Positions 6,639-15,672 are shown, numbered from the stretch's first letter. The stretch: 36,515 bases of DNA from an uncultured Alphaproteobacteria bacterium (GCA_964529255.1 CAZGVT010000001.1:31403-67917); one strand, 5' to 3'. Program-made: numbers and translations. The notes: generated by a model from the letters alone, not told the origin.

Positions 6639-9635
6639 ATGAAGTGCGCGCTCACATTTTTGATGCTGGTGGTTTCCGCTGCGGCGTTTGCCGTCATGCC
6701 CGAGCCGGTGAGCTATCAGGGATTTCTGACACGACCCGATGGCACACCGCTCGATACGACCGTGCAGATGACGTTTCGACTGCACGATGAATTGGGCAAT
6801 CCCGGCGATTTCTGGAGTGAAACGCATCCGGCGGTTGTGGTGCAGAATGGTCTGTTCAACGTGCGGCTTGGCTCGATCAATTCGCTGGACTATAACAACA
6901 TCGCGGATATTGCTTCAATTGACGGTGGCGCATTGAGTATCCAAGTGGGCAGCGACGCGGTGATGACGCCGCAGATTCCGCTCTCGTCTGTTTTCTATTC
7001 GCGTTTTACCGGTACGGTGGACGGCGCGCAGGGCGGATCGGTGCTCAGCGCGCTCTTTGTGAGCGATCGCCTGACGGTCGGCACCGGAGCCGTTGCGCAG
7101 GGAACCACCAGCGTGGCCTTTGGCACATTCACACAGGCGCAGGGGAATTTTTCGAGTGTGCTCGGCGGGCAGAACAACAAGGCTCGCGGCGACTACTCGG
7201 TGGTGGCGGGCGGCGGTGGGCCACTCGCCGGGGACTCGAATTCCGCTACGGGGGCCAACTCGTTTGTCGGCACCGGTATCGAGAATCTCGCCTCAGGTCC
7301 CTATTCAGTGGTGAGTGGCGGGCTTGGCAATACGGCCTCGGGCGAGAATGCGTGGGTGGGGAATGGATTCGAGAATGTCGCGGATGGACCTTATGCAGCG
7401 ATTGGCGGCGGGTATCAGAATTATGCGTCGGGAGAGTACTCGATCATCGGCAATGGCGTCTTGAATTATACCACCGGTTATGAGGCTGTGATCGGCGGCG
7501 GAAACAATAACTACGTGGGCGGCGCGGTCGGCACGATTGGCGGCGGGAGTGTTAATTCGATTGCCGATACCGCCGAGACCGGCACTATCGGCGGCGGCAC
7601 ATCAAATCTCGTTGCAGCTCGTGACGCCACTATTGGCGGCGGCAATGGAAACACGGCCTCCGGCGGCCACGCTACAGTTGCAGGCGGTTCGCTGAATAAC
7701 GCCACGGCGGGCGATGCCACAGTGGGCGGCGGTTCGTTCAATTTCGCGAGCGGAGAATGGTCCACAGTCTCGGGTGGAATTGACAACCATGCGACCGGGC
7801 AGAGCAGCAACGTCGGCGGCGGCGAGGTAAATAACGCGACCGGGATAAACAGTACGATCGGTGGCGGGGCCGACAACGTTGCGTCGGCCAATTCGAGTGT
7901 TGTTTCGGGAGGAAGATACAACAAAGCTCGAGGGAATCACTCTGTCGTAGCCGGTGGTGGCGGCAGCGTACCTGCAGATTCGAACGCCGCGCTGGGAACG
8001 AATTCTGCAGTCGGCGGTGGACGGCGCAATATTGTCGGCGGGTTTTACAGTAGCATCGGCGGCGGCGATTCCAACCGAGTGGCCGGCGGTTTTTCATTTG
8101 TCGGCGGTGGATTCGGCAATCTCGCAGAAGACCCGCTTACGACGATTGCCGGAGGTCAGAGCAACATCGCTACCAATTCGCTGGCGACGGTCGGCGGTGG
8201 ACAATCCAACGTCGCATCCGGGTTGCGCTCTGTAATCCCGGGCGGTCTCGCCAACACTGCTTCTAACCAAAGTGCGACCGTCGGAGGCGGCGCGAACAAC
8301 GAAGCTTCTGGAATTTCTTCGGTCATCGCGGGCGGACAGTTCAACCGCGCGCAGGGCAATCATGCGGTCGTAGGCGGCGGCGGCGGCACGGCCCTCGCCG
8401 ATACCAACACAGCCTTGGGCAACCACAGCACTGTCAGTGGTGGCTCGCGCAATTTTGCCGGAGCCACGGGTGCCACGGTGGGCGGAGGCATTTACAATCG
8501 TGCACGCGGACAGTATTCAGTTGTGAGCGGTGGCGGCAGCAATCTTCCTGCCGACTCCAATTCGGCATCCGGCGACCAAAGCACCATCGGCGGCGGAGAA
8601 AGTAACGTAGCCAGCGGGGCAAATTCCACGGTCGGGGGCGGTGACTCCAACGAGGCAACAAACACAGCAACGACCGTGGGTGGCGGGATAGGCAATCAAG
8701 CAACAATCTCATTTGCAACGGTCGGCGGCGGAGCGGGCAATGTGGCTTCCAATCAGCTTGCCACTGTGGGCGGAGGAGGAGCCAATACCGCCAGCGGTTT
8801 TCAGTCCACAGTCGGCGGTGGCGGGAGCAATCAAGCAACACAGAATAACACGACGATTGCAGGCGGCGCGAGTAATTCGGTGACGGTTGTCGGCGGAACT
8901 GTCGGCGGTGGCGAATCCAACGAAGCGCGCGCACAGTATGCGACGATCTCCGGCGGGCGCCACAATAAAGCTCGCGGCGAGTTCTCCGTCATCGGCGGCG
9001 GCGGCGGCACTACCGACGTGGATTCCAACAACACAGCAGGGCAGGCGTCGGTGGTTCCCGGCGGTCGCCGCAATAGTGCCGCGGCGACTTTTGCATTCGC
9101 GGCCGGTTATCGCGCGAAGGCCAATCATGCAGGCGCATTTGTCTGGGCGGATTCATCGGCTTCTGACTTCGCATCAACAGCGGTGGATCAATACAATGTG
9201 CGTGCATCGGGCGGATTCCGGTTGTACTCAAACTCCACTTTAACGCAAGGCGTGACGATGGCGGCGGGAGCTTCGGGTTGGACCAATGTGTCGGACAGCA
9301 CGCTCAAGCGCAATCGCCGGAATGTGGACACTCGACTCATTCTGCAGCGAGTGAATGAATTGCCGATTCAGCAATGGAGTTACAAGGCGCAGGATGCAGG
9401 CATCGAACACATTGGACCGATGGCTCAGGATTTCTGGAGACTGTTCGGGCTCGGCGATGACAGCTTGGGTATCAACCAAATTGATCCCGATGGCATCGCG
9501 CTGGCAGCAATACAGGAGCTGGCGAAGGAAAACGGCAAACTGAGCGCAGAGGTCGCCGAGCTGCGGGCGACGGTGCAGACATTGATGGCGGCGCGCCAGG
9601 AGTCGCGGTACGTACTCCCGGCCGGCAGGCGGTGA
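6639..9635 (+). CDS. Secreted fibre protein 4 (longest paralog), S74 C-terminal domain
   Basis: ATG lies 9 nt after AAGGAG (6624-6629). Signal peptide MKCALTFLMLVVSAAAFA. About 750 aa of GGxxNxA repeats. VSDSTLKRN (~9291) plus HIGPMAQDFWRLF...IALAAIQELAKEN. Confidence 0.85.
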   Translation: MKCALTFLMLVVSAAAFAVMPEPVSYQGFLTRPDGTPLDTTVQMTFRLHDELGNPGDFWSETHPAVVVQNGLFNVRLGSINSLDYNNIADIASIDGGALSIQVGSDAVMTPQIPLSSVFYSRFTGTVDGAQGGSVLSALFVSDRLTVGTGAVAQGTTSVAFGTFTQAQGNFSSVLGGQNNKARGDYSVVAGGGGPLAGDSNSATGANSFVGTGIENLASGPYSVVSGGLGNTASGENAWVGNGFENVADGPYAAIGGGYQNYASGEYSIIGNGVLNYTTGYEAVIGGGNNNYVGGAVGTIGGGSVNSIADTAETGTIGGGTSNLVAARDATIGGGNGNTASGGHATVAGGSLNNATAGDATVGGGSFNFASGEWSTVSGGIDNHATGQSSNVGGGEVNNATGINSTIGGGADNVASANSSVVSGGRYNKARGNHSVVAGGGGSVPADSNAALGTNSAVGGGRRNIVGGFYSSIGGGDSNRVAGGFSFVGGGFGNLAEDPLTTIAGGQSNIATNSLATVGGGQSNVASGLRSVIPGGLANTASNQSATVGGGANNEASGISSVIAGGQFNRAQGNHAVVGGGGGTALADTNTALGNHSTVSGGSRNFAGATGATVGGGIYNRARGQYSVVSGGGSNLPADSNSASGDQSTIGGGESNVASGANSTVGGGDSNEATNTATTVGGGIGNQATISFATVGGGAGNVASNQLATVGGGGANTASGFQSTVGGGGSNQATQNNTTIAGGASNSVTVVGGTVGGGESNEARAQYATISGGRHNKARGEFSVIGGGGGTTDVDSNNTAGQASVVPGGRRNSAAATFAFAAGYRAKANHAGAFVWADSSASDFASTAVDQYNVRASGGFRLYSNSTLTQGVTMAAGASGWTNVSDSTLKRNRRNVDTRLILQRVNELPIQQWSYKAQDAGIEHIGPMAQDFWRLFGLGDDSLGINQIDPDGIALAAIQELAKENGKLSAEVAELRATVQTLMAARQESRYVLPAGRR

Positions 9636-9704
9636 CGAGGCGTGCGGTGTCATGGGCCGCCCCTTCAGCGCGGGGTCAATTCCAAAACTCTTGAAAAACA
9701 AGGA

Positions 9705-9740
9705 GCGACGGTCTTTCGGGGCCGTCGCCTTCGTTTGTTT
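9705..9740 (+). terminator. Terminator after the fibre array
   Basis: GCGACGGTC (9705-9713), TTTCGG loop, GGCCGTCGC (9720-9728), then T-rich CTTCGTTTGTTT. Confidence 0.55.
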
Positions 9741-9881
9741 ATGATTGCGAGTTTCTTTTAGGGCATGGCTCAAAACGTTGCAAAGCTGGACAATCGGGCA
9801 TATATTATTTCGTATAGACCACGATGCGTTGCGGCGGTTGAGTTCGGTTTTTCCACTAACCGTGAGGATGGGAGGTTGGCC

Positions 9882-12800
9882 ATGAACAGGAAGTTTGAAC
9901 GTTGTTGGATTGGGCTCGCATTCGTTGCGGCCCTTTTTCTTGGACAGGAAGTCCGTGCACAGGGCGGCGAAACCTGCGCCACCGCAACTGTAATCTCTGC
10001 CTTGCCTTATTGCGACACGGGCACGACAGTCGGTCACGTAAATGACTACACTCCGCCGTGTGTGACAGGCGTGGCCGCACCGGATGTGGTGTACAGCTAC
10101 ACTCCGGTGACGACGCAAGTGATTACTGTATCTCTTTGTTTTTCAGCCTACAACACTGCACTTCACGTTTGGCGGGGCTGTCCGGACGCCGGGGGAGCCT
10201 TGTTTTGCTGTAATGACAACTTGTGCGCGTTGCAGAGTTGTTGTCAGAATCTGACAGTGGCACCGGGATTCACGTACTATTTCATCGTGGATGGGAGCCT
10301 GAACGGCGGGGGAGCCAGCGCCGGTCAGTACCTGATCCAAGTGGTGAACGGGCCGCAATGCCCGACGCAGCCGTGTGATCCGGACATCTGTCCATTCCCG
10401 GATCGGGACTTCGAACCCGCAAACAACACATGCACCGGGAACGTGCCGGTGCTGTCCTGCGATGACACGCTGTGCGGGGAGATCAATCCGACGAACGATC
10501 AGGATTGGTATTCGATCGACCTTCCGCAACCGGACTGCGTCATCCTGACGATAGACGTCTATGCGGATGATACTCCGGGGTGGTGGCCGTTCGGGATGGG
10601 ATTGAATCCGAAAGTCTGGCTGGTGGGAATTGACTGTGCGACGGTGCTGGCGATGGACGATGACGGCGGCGTGGGAACGGATTCGCGGCTGGTATCGCCG
10701 TGTCTGGTGCCGGGGCGCTATAAGATCATGGTTCAGAATGCGAGCGCGACGCAGCCGGGCGGTCCGTACGTCTTACGGACATCGTGTGAGACCTGTCAGT
10801 GTCCGGCGGACTCCTGCAATTACCGGAACGGCGACATTGAGCCGAATAACACGTGCGCAAGCGCGGGTGTGATGCCGTTTTGTCCGGACACGGTCTGCGG
10901 GTTGATTGACAATGCAAATGACGGCGACTACTACCAGTTTCAGATCCCGAGCGGGACCTGCGCGGTGGTAACGATTGACGTCTTCGGCGATGACACCCCG
11001 GGCTGGTGGCCATTCGGGCAGGGTTTGAATCCGCAGTTCTGTCTCTATGACGGCGGTTGCACGATGACAATTAGCTGCCGGACCGTGGGCGGCGTGGGGG
11101 ATGATCCGCGCCTGGTGACCCCATGCCTTCCGGGCGGACTGTACAAGCTTCGCGTGGCGTCGGAGGGCGGGACGATCGGGCCGTACATTCTGGCGTTGGA
11201 CTGCGAACCGTGTCCGTGTCCGGTGGACACTTGTCCTTATCCGGATTTGGATTTTGAGCCGGTGAACGATTCGTGTTCGACGAACATCCCGATTTTCCAG
11301 TGCGGGGATACGTTGTGCGGCGAGATTGACGCGCTGGGCGATGAAGACTGGTATTGCGTGCAGCTTCCGGGACCGGAGTGCAATCGCATTGTGATAGATG
11401 TCTTCGGGAATGACACACCGGGGTGGTGGCCGTTTGGCCAGGGCTTGAACCCGCTGGTACGGTTGATCGGTCCGGATTGCACGACACTGCTGGGATTCGA
11501 TGACAACGGCGGCGAGGGCACCGACAGCCGGTTGGTTTCGGACTGTCTGCCGCCGGGGCTTTACCGGATACTGATCGAAGGGACGGGGACGATTGTTCCG
11601 ACCATCGGACCGTATATTCTGGCGACGTATTGCGAGCCGTGTCCGTGTCCGTGCGATCTGACCTGTCCGGCCAATGCAATCCCCGAAGGCGAGCCGTGTC
11701 CGAACATTCCTGATAATTTCAATTCCGGATGTTTAAGCACGCCGCCGTCGTTCAGTCCGATTCAGTGCAATTCGGTGGTTTGCGGGACTTCGTTCGCCGC
11801 AGCGGGTGCCAGCCGGGACACCGACTGGTATTTGTTGCAGTTGACGGCGCGGGACAGTGTGTACTGGTGGGTGACGGCGGAGTTCCAGTTCGAGATGGCG
11901 GTGTTCGATCTCTCGGGCGGCTGTGCGAATCTCGACACACTCATCGTGGCGACGGGCGACACCTGTGATACGGTTTGCGTGGTGGACTGCTTTGAGCCGG
12001 GCGTGTATGCCCTCTACGTGGCGCCGCTGCCGGGGACGATCTGGCCGTGTTCGGAATATATCATGTGGCTGCAGTGCCGTCCCTGCGCGATGGACACGTG
12101 CCCCTATCCGAGCCGGGACTTTGAAGCGGTGAACAACACCTGTGAGACTTTCAACCCGCAATTGACATGCGATGACACGCTGTGCGGAGATATTCAGCCC
12201 GTCGGCGATCGTGACTGGTATCTGCTGTTCGTTCCCGATCCCTGTGCGATCGTAACGATTGACGTGTTTGGCGACGACACGCCGGGTTGGTGGCCGTTTG
12301 GTCAGGGGCTCGATCCGCGGGTGACGCTGGTCTCGCTGGATTGCGGAACGGTGATTACCTTTGATCTGAATAGCGGCATCGGAGAGGATCCGAGATTGGT
12401 GAGTCCGTGCTTGCCCGGCGGGCTGTATCATGTGCTGGTCGAGGGCGAAGGTGCGGCGGCGCCGTCGACGGGACCGTACATCATTGCGGTTCACTGTGAT
12501 CCGTGTGACTGCACACCCTGCGATATCGATTGCGTTGTCGGCGATACTCCCGAAGGAGAGCCTTGTCCGAACTACCCGGATGCCTTCAATTCCGGGTGTG
12601 ACAGCCCGATTGGCGGAGTGCCGCTGCGGCCGATTCAATGCGGGCAGACGATTTGCGGTCATCTGCAGGCGGACACGAATCGCTATGACCGCGATTGGTA
12701 TCAGTTGCGGACGAACGAGAACGACACCTTGATGTGGTGTGTCTGGTCTGAGGTTCCGATCCGGACCTATATCATCGCCGCCGGACCGGGCGGCAATCCG

Positions 12801-13256
12801 TGTATCTTCTCCGATACGCTGGTCTGCCGCCGCACGTCCGGACCGTGCGACACGGTGTGCATGGGAGTTTGCGTGCCGCCGGGCGAGTACTTGTTCAAGA
12901 TCGAATCCAACGTGGACAGCGCACCGCCTTACCCGGTGATTCCGTGCTCGACCACCTACCGTGCGCGCTTGCTCTGCACGATCTGTTCGCCCGCCCTGCC
13001 GGAGACACCGGACAGCGTGGTGATTCATTATCCGACGATTGCGGTGGACGACATGAATCTGCACTGGCCACCTGTGCCCGGCGCGGAGTCGTATTTCATC
13101 TACCGCTCGACGAATTCGGAAGTGATTCCCAGCCCTGCCACGTACATCGGCATGACTGCGGACACATTCTACGTGGATCCGGCCATTGTCGGCGGAGTTG
13201 ACGAGCGGAATTTCTATGTGATAAAGGCTTCGATTCGCGTGAACGGGTGTAGGTAA
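9882..13256 (+). CDS. Large secreted Cys-rich modular protein (PPC-like beta-sandwich modules, C-terminal FN3-like domain)
   Basis: ORF 9765-13256. The ATG at 9882 follows GGAGG and gives signal peptide MNRKFERCWIGLAFVAALFLGQEVRA. Four ~140-aa modules start at ~10389, 10815, 11232 and 12099, with C.YP..DFEP.N..C, D.DWY and DDTPGWWPFGQGLNP. Two modules of a second type start at ~11664 and ~12531 (PEGEPCPN.PD.FNSGC ... RD.DWY). FN3-like tail. No T9SS CTD. Confidence 0.8.
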   Translation: MNRKFERCWIGLAFVAALFLGQEVRAQGGETCATATVISALPYCDTGTTVGHVNDYTPPCVTGVAAPDVVYSYTPVTTQVITVSLCFSAYNTALHVWRGCPDAGGALFCCNDNLCALQSCCQNLTVAPGFTYYFIVDGSLNGGGASAGQYLIQVVNGPQCPTQPCDPDICPFPDRDFEPANNTCTGNVPVLSCDDTLCGEINPTNDQDWYSIDLPQPDCVILTIDVYADDTPGWWPFGMGLNPKVWLVGIDCATVLAMDDDGGVGTDSRLVSPCLVPGRYKIMVQNASATQPGGPYVLRTSCETCQCPADSCNYRNGDIEPNNTCASAGVMPFCPDTVCGLIDNANDGDYYQFQIPSGTCAVVTIDVFGDDTPGWWPFGQGLNPQFCLYDGGCTMTISCRTVGGVGDDPRLVTPCLPGGLYKLRVASEGGTIGPYILALDCEPCPCPVDTCPYPDLDFEPVNDSCSTNIPIFQCGDTLCGEIDALGDEDWYCVQLPGPECNRIVIDVFGNDTPGWWPFGQGLNPLVRLIGPDCTTLLGFDDNGGEGTDSRLVSDCLPPGLYRILIEGTGTIVPTIGPYILATYCEPCPCPCDLTCPANAIPEGEPCPNIPDNFNSGCLSTPPSFSPIQCNSVVCGTSFAAAGASRDTDWYLLQLTARDSVYWWVTAEFQFEMAVFDLSGGCANLDTLIVATGDTCDTVCVVDCFEPGVYALYVAPLPGTIWPCSEYIMWLQCRPCAMDTCPYPSRDFEAVNNTCETFNPQLTCDDTLCGDIQPVGDRDWYLLFVPDPCAIVTIDVFGDDTPGWWPFGQGLDPRVTLVSLDCGTVITFDLNSGIGEDPRLVSPCLPGGLYHVLVEGEGAAAPSTGPYIIAVHCDPCDCTPCDIDCVVGDTPEGEPCPNYPDAFNSGCDSPIGGVPLRPIQCGQTICGHLQADTNRYDRDWYQLRTNENDTLMWCVWSEVPIRTYIIAAGPGGNPCIFSDTLVCRRTSGPCDTVCMGVCVPPGEYLFKIESNVDSAPPYPVIPCSTTYRARLLCTICSPALPETPDSVVIHYPTIAVDDMNLHWPPVPGAESYFIYRSTNSEVIPSPATYIGMTADTFYVDPAIVGGVDERNFYVIKASIRVNGCR

Positions 13257-13285
13257 CGGCGAACACGTCTTGCGATGATTGAAGT

Positions 13286-13317
13286 GCGGCCCCGGGAAAC
13301 CGGGGCCGCTGATTTTT
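13286..13317 (+). terminator. Rho-independent terminator
   Basis: GCGGCCCCGG / GAAA / CCGGGGCCGC perfect 10-bp stem (13286-13309), then TGATTTTT. Confidence 0.75.
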
Positions 13318-13403
13318 CGATGGTCTCGACTGTCAAAATCGCAGATCGCTCCGCGGAGGCCTGTAAACATTCTGAGTCATCAGAAGCATTGTTGTAAAGT
13401 TTT

Positions 13404-13523
13404 GTGTTTTATGCGTTTATAATATTTCACCGGGTTTGACTCCCGGTTTTTTTTTTGCGTATCTTGTCTTGGGGCCTTGCGGATCAGGCCGAAGTTCTTT
13501 AACATCAAGAGGAGGGTACGGTC
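13404..13523 (+). promoter_or_regulatory. Conserved promoter/leader of cassette A
   Basis: About 120 nt nearly identical to 15673-15788. TTGACT (13436-13441), 18-nt T-rich spacer, TATCTT (13460-13465). A TATAAT also lies at ~13418. Leader hairpin GGCC-ttgcggatca-GGCC, then SD AAGAGGAGG. Confidence 0.5.
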
Positions 13524-14000
13524 ATGAAATGCGGGATTCAAGTCGTGCTGGTTTTGGTCTGTTGTTGTGTGGGCTGGGCACAGGGGCCGGATGCTTGTGT
13601 GCAGTGTGTTTGCGTCGCAGACAATACGTGCACGACCCACAGTGGATGCGGGCAGCTTGACGGGTGTGCGGGCGTGAACTTCACATCGATTTGCGGTGGC
13701 CAGTATACAATCAAAGTTGTACTGAAATGCGACTCGGATGAAATCTGCGAAGATTGTTTTGCTTGCGGCTTGGTATCACAGAACGGCCAGCCGCTTTGGA
13801 ACATCGCGCAGGCAGGGTGCAATACAACTTGCGAAGGGACTACCACAGTGAACCTGACGTACAACCAGCAGTATACCCTTCACGCCTGTCTGCGCGCATG
13901 TGCAGGGGTTGACTGCCGCACGTGCGAGTCGTGCACGGTACGGGCGTACATCTACAAGGCCTGGTCCGATTGCACGCCGATTCCGCCGTGCGATCCATGA
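13524..14000 (+). CDS. Small secreted cysteine-rich protein (cassette A; 20 Cys in the mature part)
   Basis: Signal peptide MKCGIQVVLVLVCCCVGWA/QGPD. Family motifs shared with 15789-16298 and 27657-28163: FT..C...Y.[IL][KR][VI]...C.....C..C.AC, and Y.L..CL..C.....C..C..CT....[VI]Y. No match to any family I recognise. Confidence 0.8.
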   Translation: MKCGIQVVLVLVCCCVGWAQGPDACVQCVCVADNTCTTHSGCGQLDGCAGVNFTSICGGQYTIKVVLKCDSDEICEDCFACGLVSQNGQPLWNIAQAGCNTTCEGTTTVNLTYNQQYTLHACLRACAGVDCRTCESCTVRAYIYKAWSDCTPIPPCDP

Positions 14001-15592
14001 GAGGTTGTATGAAGATGGTGGCAAGCCTCGTGGCATGGGTTGCAGCGGATGCATTCGCCGCCACGCTGAGAGTGCCGGCTGAGTATCCGACGATTCAGTC
14101 CGCTATAGACGCGATGTCCGAGCGGGATACCATAGTCGTTGACACGGGAGTGTATGCGGAGGCGCTGATTGCGCCTCCGCTTTCGTTTAGCCTATTCGGC
14201 ACAGAAGACTCGACGTCGGGGCGTGTCACGGGCACGGTAGTGGATCCATCTTCACTCGAGAATCCGACCGGTTTGACCTGCCTTCAAGTGTCCGGCGACA
14301 GTGTTGTCATTGACCGGATGACTTTTCGAAACGGCGCCGCGATGTATCCTCGCGAACCCGATGTCTCCGGAGGCATCCAACACGCGGCCCGTGTTCTTGA
14401 TCTGCGAAACTGTGTATTCGATTCGACTCACCGGAGTGTGCAGGGCTTCGGTGAGCGGCGCACGGTGCTCGCGGCTTGTCAATTCCGTTACAGCAGTGGA
14501 GCCTGCGTACTGACGCAGTTGGGCGTCGTGGAGGCGTACGATTGTATTTTCCAGAGCGACAGTGCGGACTGGGGCCTGGTCATGTCGCGCGGGAGTAGTA
14601 GATTTGAACGGTGCCACTTTACCGGTTACCACTGGTTTGGCTGGGACATAATGTTTCAAGGCGAGACTCTGGTCGTTCGCGATTGTCTGTTTGGGCCTTC
14701 CGGGCCCAGCTTATTGGCAACGATAAGTCTGCGAGCTCACAATGTAATCATTGAGGGAAATGAGTTTGTGAATATACGGCGCGGAACGGTGGTTGTAATT
14801 GAGGCGCGTTGTCCCGGAGAGATTGTTGTTCGAGACAACCATTTTCATCGAGTCGGCCCGCTGCCTGCAGGTGGTGGCCTGTGCATGAGCGCACTCGTGA
14901 ATTTCGAGCAGGATACTTGCCGGGAGTTTTCCACCGCAGTCGTCTCGGACAATCGTCTCACTGACTGTACGGCGCAATTGACATTTAAGGCGATCGTCTA
15001 CGCGGGCCGCGGAATGGAGATCGTGCACAACGAATTTCGCGATCTGAGTCCGCGCGAATGGCCCGCCATCGGATTTGGTTTAGGTTGGGGGACCATTCGA
15101 GATAACTTCATCCAAAATACGGGTCTCGCAGTACGAATGGACTCGACTCTTGACGGCGAAGCCGATGCGGCATTCAACTGGTGGGGGGATTCGACGGGGC
15201 CCTATCATCCGGTGTTGAATCCTGACGGATTGGGCGATGAAGTCAGCGACCGCGTGATTTTTGAGCCGTGGCATACGGACACGAGTTTCTTTGCCGACGT
15301 GCCGGAGCGGACTCCGGCAGGCGTTGCAAGCAACGCGCTACAGGTGTTCCCCAATCCGTTCAATGCGACGGCCACGCTGCGGCTCACCGTTCCGGCGCCG
15401 CAGATCGTGCGCATCGAGCTGTTCGATCTGCTCGGCAGGCGCGTGCGCGAGATATTCGTCGGGCCAGTGGCTTATCAGCGGGAATTTTCTTTGGACGCGG
15501 ATGCGCTAGCGTCGGGCATTTACTTTGCCCGCGCACAGAACACGATCACGCGCCAGACGCTGGCGATCACCAAGCTCGCGTTAGTGAAGTAA
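13997..15592 (+). CDS. Right-handed beta-helix protein with T9SS C-terminal sorting domain (cassette A)
   Basis: The ATG at 13997 overlaps the TGA of the small gene (ATGA); an alternative ATG is at 14009. Signal peptide ...VAWVAADAFA/ATLRVPAEYPTIQSAIDA...DTIVVDTGVYAE. End-of-helix motif FNWWGDSTGPYHP. CTD FPNPFNATATLRL...GIYFARAQ...LALVK. Confidence 0.85.
   Translation: MRGCMKMVASLVAWVAADAFAATLRVPAEYPTIQSAIDAMSERDTIVVDTGVYAEALIAPPLSFSLFGTEDSTSGRVTGTVVDPSSLENPTGLTCLQVSGDSVVIDRMTFRNGAAMYPREPDVSGGIQHAARVLDLRNCVFDSTHRSVQGFGERRTVLAACQFRYSSGACVLTQLGVVEAYDCIFQSDSADWGLVMSRGSSRFERCHFTGYHWFGWDIMFQGETLVVRDCLFGPSGPSLLATISLRAHNVIIEGNEFVNIRRGTVVVIEARCPGEIVVRDNHFHRVGPLPAGGGLCMSALVNFEQDTCREFSTAVVSDNRLTDCTAQLTFKAIVYAGRGMEIVHNEFRDLSPREWPAIGFGLGWGTIRDNFIQNTGLAVRMDSTLDGEADAAFNWWGDSTGPYHPVLNPDGLGDEVSDRVIFEPWHTDTSFFADVPERTPAGVASNALQVFPNPFNATATLRLTVPAPQIVRIELFDLLGRRVREIFVGPVAYQREFSLDADALASGIYFARAQNTITRQTLAITKLALVK
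15286..15556. repeat. 271-nt near-identical tract (T9SS CTD of cassette A), partner at 17569-17839
   Basis: I count 5 mismatches in 271 nt at a constant offset of 2283 nt. The upstream parts of the two genes are far more diverged. Confidence 0.85.
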
Positions 15593-15672
15593 CGGAACCT
15601 ATCACCGAAGAACTGTACACTGCCGACATACATAAATATCCTGATCCGCATGACTCCATGTCATAATTATTC

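Noticed and set aside
600-9100. Regular ~42-45-nt periodicity that could be mistaken for a CRISPR-like or satellite array
   Set aside because: The periodicity is the 14-15-aa GGxxNxA protein repeat inside long open frames. The units are degenerate, not exact repeats separated by unique spacers. No cas genes are present.
247-9231. Dozens of 60-220-aa ORFs in other frames and on the other strand across the fibre genes (e.g. 840-1190, 4878-5354, 5718-6383, 7511-7924, 8434-8934)
   Set aside because: They are by-products of the GGC/GCC-rich repeat codons (poly-P/R/A translations). All are nested in the four well-supported fibre CDSs.
187-9635. Prophage or tailocin, suggested by the 'tail fiber' S74 domains
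   Set aside because: There are no capsid, portal, terminase, sheath, baseplate, lysis or integrase genes in 36 kb. The proteins have Sec signal peptides, which phage fibres lack. Treated as cellular surface fibres; the left window edge cannot be excluded.
9240-10118. 292-aa minus-strand ORF spanning the fibre-4 / Cys-rich-protein junction
   Set aside because: It overlaps two supported plus-strand genes and a terminator, is Arg-rich, and has no motifs.
11733-13370. 545-aa ORF on the minus strand, the longest antisense ORF in the window
   Set aside because: It lies entirely antisense to the modular Cys-rich gene. Its product is Arg/His/Pro-rich low-complexity sequence with no motifs. The plus-strand frame has a signal peptide, an SD and repeated domain architecture. 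This is a typical GC-rich shadow ORF.
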